A stretch of 64,000 bases of DNA from Gammaproteobacteria bacterium (GTDB taxonomy: Bacteria > Pseudomonadota > Gammaproteobacteria > JABABF01 > JAHRAO01), in assembly GCA_020027215.1 (NCBI GenBank), contig JAHRAO010000003.1:10718-74717 (forward strand), read 5' to 3'. Below, piece after piece: positions 62,252-64,000 of the stretch; positions within the stretch are counted from its first letter, which is position 1, and every line of letters begins with the position of its first letter. Both the position numbers and the translations under genes were made by a program. The notes beneath the pieces are model-generated. The model was given only the letters and a program-made list of their open reading frames with translations. It did not search any database and was not told where the DNA came from.

Positions 62252-64000
62252 CGTTGGGGGATACGCATCAAACCGATAGTGCCTGCGCCAGGGCGCCGAC
62301 TATCGGAAGTCCCAAAGAACAACCCATTACGCCACATGATGGCGTGCACGCTCCCCATCGGAAAGGTGTGTTCAACCTGATGCCCTTTCTGGCGCAATAG
62401 AGCAATCGTATCGGGGCTAAATCCCTCTTCTAATTGCAATTTATCCGGTAACCATTGATGATGGATGCGCGGTGAATGCACCGCTTGAGCGATATTCATA
62501 CCATGGTCAATCACATTGACCACCACTTGTAACACGGTGGTAATAATGCGACTGCCACCGGGACTGCCTAAAATAAGCCATGGTTTCTCATTTTTGAAAA
62601 TCATTGTCGGGGTCATGGAACTCAATGGACGTTTTTGCGGAGCTATAGCATTGGCATCCCCGCCTAACAAACCAAACGCATTAGGCACTCCCGGTTTAGC
62701 GGCAAAATCCGCCATTTCGTTGTTCAATAATATACCGGTGCCGGGAACAGTAATGCCCGAGCCAAAAGAAAAATTAAGCGTGTAGGTATTTGCAACCGCA
62801 TTGCCATCTTTATCCATCACCGAAAAATGAGTGGTCTCGCGGCTTTCAGTTGGGGGCAATAATTGCCCCGGTTTGATCTTATTAGCAGGAGTCGCTTTAG
62901 ATAAAGAAATTTCTTTCGCTAAATTCAGTGCGTATTTTCGTGCAGTTAACCGAGCAATGGGCACAGAGAAAAAATCTGGGTCACCGAGATATTCACTCCT
63001 ATCGGCGTAAGCACGTTTCATAACCTCACTGAGTAAATGAACCGTCTGCGCACTGCCATACCCCATTTCTTTCACCGGGAATTGAGTCAGGACATTCAAC
63101 ATCTGAGCAATATGCACGCCGCCAGAACTCGGCGGAGGCATAGATACGACACGATATCCACGATAATGTGTGCTAATCGCTGAACGTTCGCGCACGCGAT
63201 AATTTTTCAAATCGCGCATGCGAATTAATCCTCCATTCGCCTTCATATCGGCAACAATCATTTGGGCAATTGTGCCGCGATAAAAAGCTGCCGAGCCTTT
63301 TTTCGCCAAAAGCGCAAGAGTGCGCGCTAAATCTTTTTGTTTAATAATTTCTCCCGCACGATAAGGCACGCCATTCTTTTTGAAGTAAGTGTGCGCGGTC
63401 TCAGCATTAGCGGTCAACCGCTTGCGACGGCGCTCCAAATTACTCGCCATACTCCATGGAACAGCAAAACCATCTCGAGCTAATGCTATTGCCGGTTGTA
63501 ATATGGTGCGCCAATCCATAGTACCGTATCGTTTTAACGCGTACGCCATCCCCGCAACTGTCCCTGGGACTCCAGCGGATTGGTGACTGTATTTTTCTCG
63601 CTTGCCCTCTACATTCCCTGCTTGATCTAAAAACATTGTGCGGGTCGCAAGAGCAGGCGCCATTTCGCGATAATCAAGGGCAATGGTTTTATTTTTTTTC
63701 GCCAAATAAACTAGCATAAAGCCACCTCCCCCCAAATTGCCCGCGCGCGGTAATACCACCGCCAATGCCATTGCCGTCGCTACCGCAGCATCTACCGCAT
63801 TACCGCCTCGGCGCAAAATATCTGCTCCAACTTTAGTGGCTAATATTTGTTGACTCGCCACCATACCGAAACGACCGATCACCGGATTATGAATGCTATC
63901 GCTGCGGATAATAGCACTTTCATTTTGTGTCTGGGCATGGAGTGTAGCACCGTACCCACCTAAAAACATACACCACATCCATGCTATGACGATGCGCTCG
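62248..64000 (-). CDS. ggt: gamma-glutamyltranspeptidase. The 5' end may run past the window edge.
   Basis: The autoprocessing site and catalytic Thr context (...TTHFSVMDKDGNAV), and GGSRII. The reading frame stays open upstream of the Met at 63978 to the end of the window. Confidence 0.9.
   Translation of the reverse strand, partial: ERIVIAWMWCMFLGGYGATLHAQTQNESAIIRSDSIHNPVIGRFGMVASQQILATKVGADILRRGGNAVDAAVATAMALAVVLPRAGNLGGGGFMLVYLAKKNKTIALDYREMAPALATRTMFLDQAGNVEGKREKYSHQSAGVPGTVAGMAYALKRYGTMDWRTILQPAIALARDGFAVPWSMASNLERRRKRLTANAETAHTYFKKNGVPYRAGEIIKQKDLARTLALLAKKGSAAFYRGTIAQMIVADMKANGGLIRMRDLKNYRVRERSAISTHYRGYRVVSMPPPSSGGVHIAQMLNVLTQFPVKEMGYGSAQTVHLLSEVMKRAYADRSEYLGDPDFFSVPIARLTARKYALNLAKEISLSKATPANKIKPGQLLPPTESRETTHFSVMDKDGNAVANTYTLNFSFGSGITVPGTGILLNNEMADFAAKPGVPNAFGLLGGDANAIAPQKRPLSSMTPTMIFKNEKPWLILGSPGGSRIITTVLQVVVNVIDHGMNIAQAVHSPRIHHQWLPDKLQLEEGFSPDTIALLRQKGHQVEHTFPMGSVHAIMWRNGLFFGTSDSRRPGAGTIGLMRIPQR

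Overview
This 64 kb window is chromosomal DNA from what looks like a non-enteric Gammaproteobacterium with roughly mid-40s % GC. Three things support that. First, the conserved string metY(tRNA-fMet)-rimP-nusA-infB-rbfA-truB is present. Second, trpG-trpD-trpC sits apart from trpE. Third, the genome uses Coq7-type ubiquinone hydroxylase and cydABX. The window splits into four parts.

(1) 1-16.1 kb is an aromatic-catabolism island. It carries pobA, a PcaK-like MFS transporter, ligAB-ligC, ligI, ligJ, a galD/ligU-type isomerase, ligK, a TonB-dependent receptor, a DUF3179 membrane protein and an MBL-fold hydrolase. That is a complete 4-hydroxybenzoate to protocatechuate 4,5-cleavage route. A structured ~125 bp repeat family brackets the island at both ends: a tandem array at 1.0-1.7 kb and a solo copy at 15.85-16.06 kb.

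(2) 16-50 kb is housekeeping. It holds heptose/LPS and polysaccharide genes (hldE-domain-II, hldD, a wbaP-like gene, a Wzy_C-TPR protein), hemE, coq7, trpGDC, acs, miaB, coaD, proC, the nusA/infB operon, tRNA-fMet, epd, pdxJ, ribH, mutS, fdxA and a dcyD-family enzyme.

(3) 50-53 kb is cydA-cydB plus a 39-aa cydX that is below the ORF-track size cut-off, followed by an orphan yajC.

(4) 53.0-60.9 kb is the standout. Eight translationally coupled genes read as a VirB/Trb-like type IV secretion system: pilin VirB2, VirB3, VirB4 ATPase, a VirB5-like secreted helical protein, VirB6, VirB8, VirB9 and VirB10. An outer-membrane beta-barrel gene and a near-consensus sigma70 promoter precede them. There is no VirB11, VirD4, VirB1, VirB7, relaxase, integrase or tRNA target anywhere in the window, and dadA and ggt follow directly. 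The VirB4 homolog has a non-canonical P-loop. This orphan, ATPase-poor T4SS embedded among housekeeping genes is the most likely novel system here. It could be a ComB-like DNA uptake or release machine, or one half of a split T4SS.

All calls come from reading the translated ORFs and the DNA by eye. No database searches were run.
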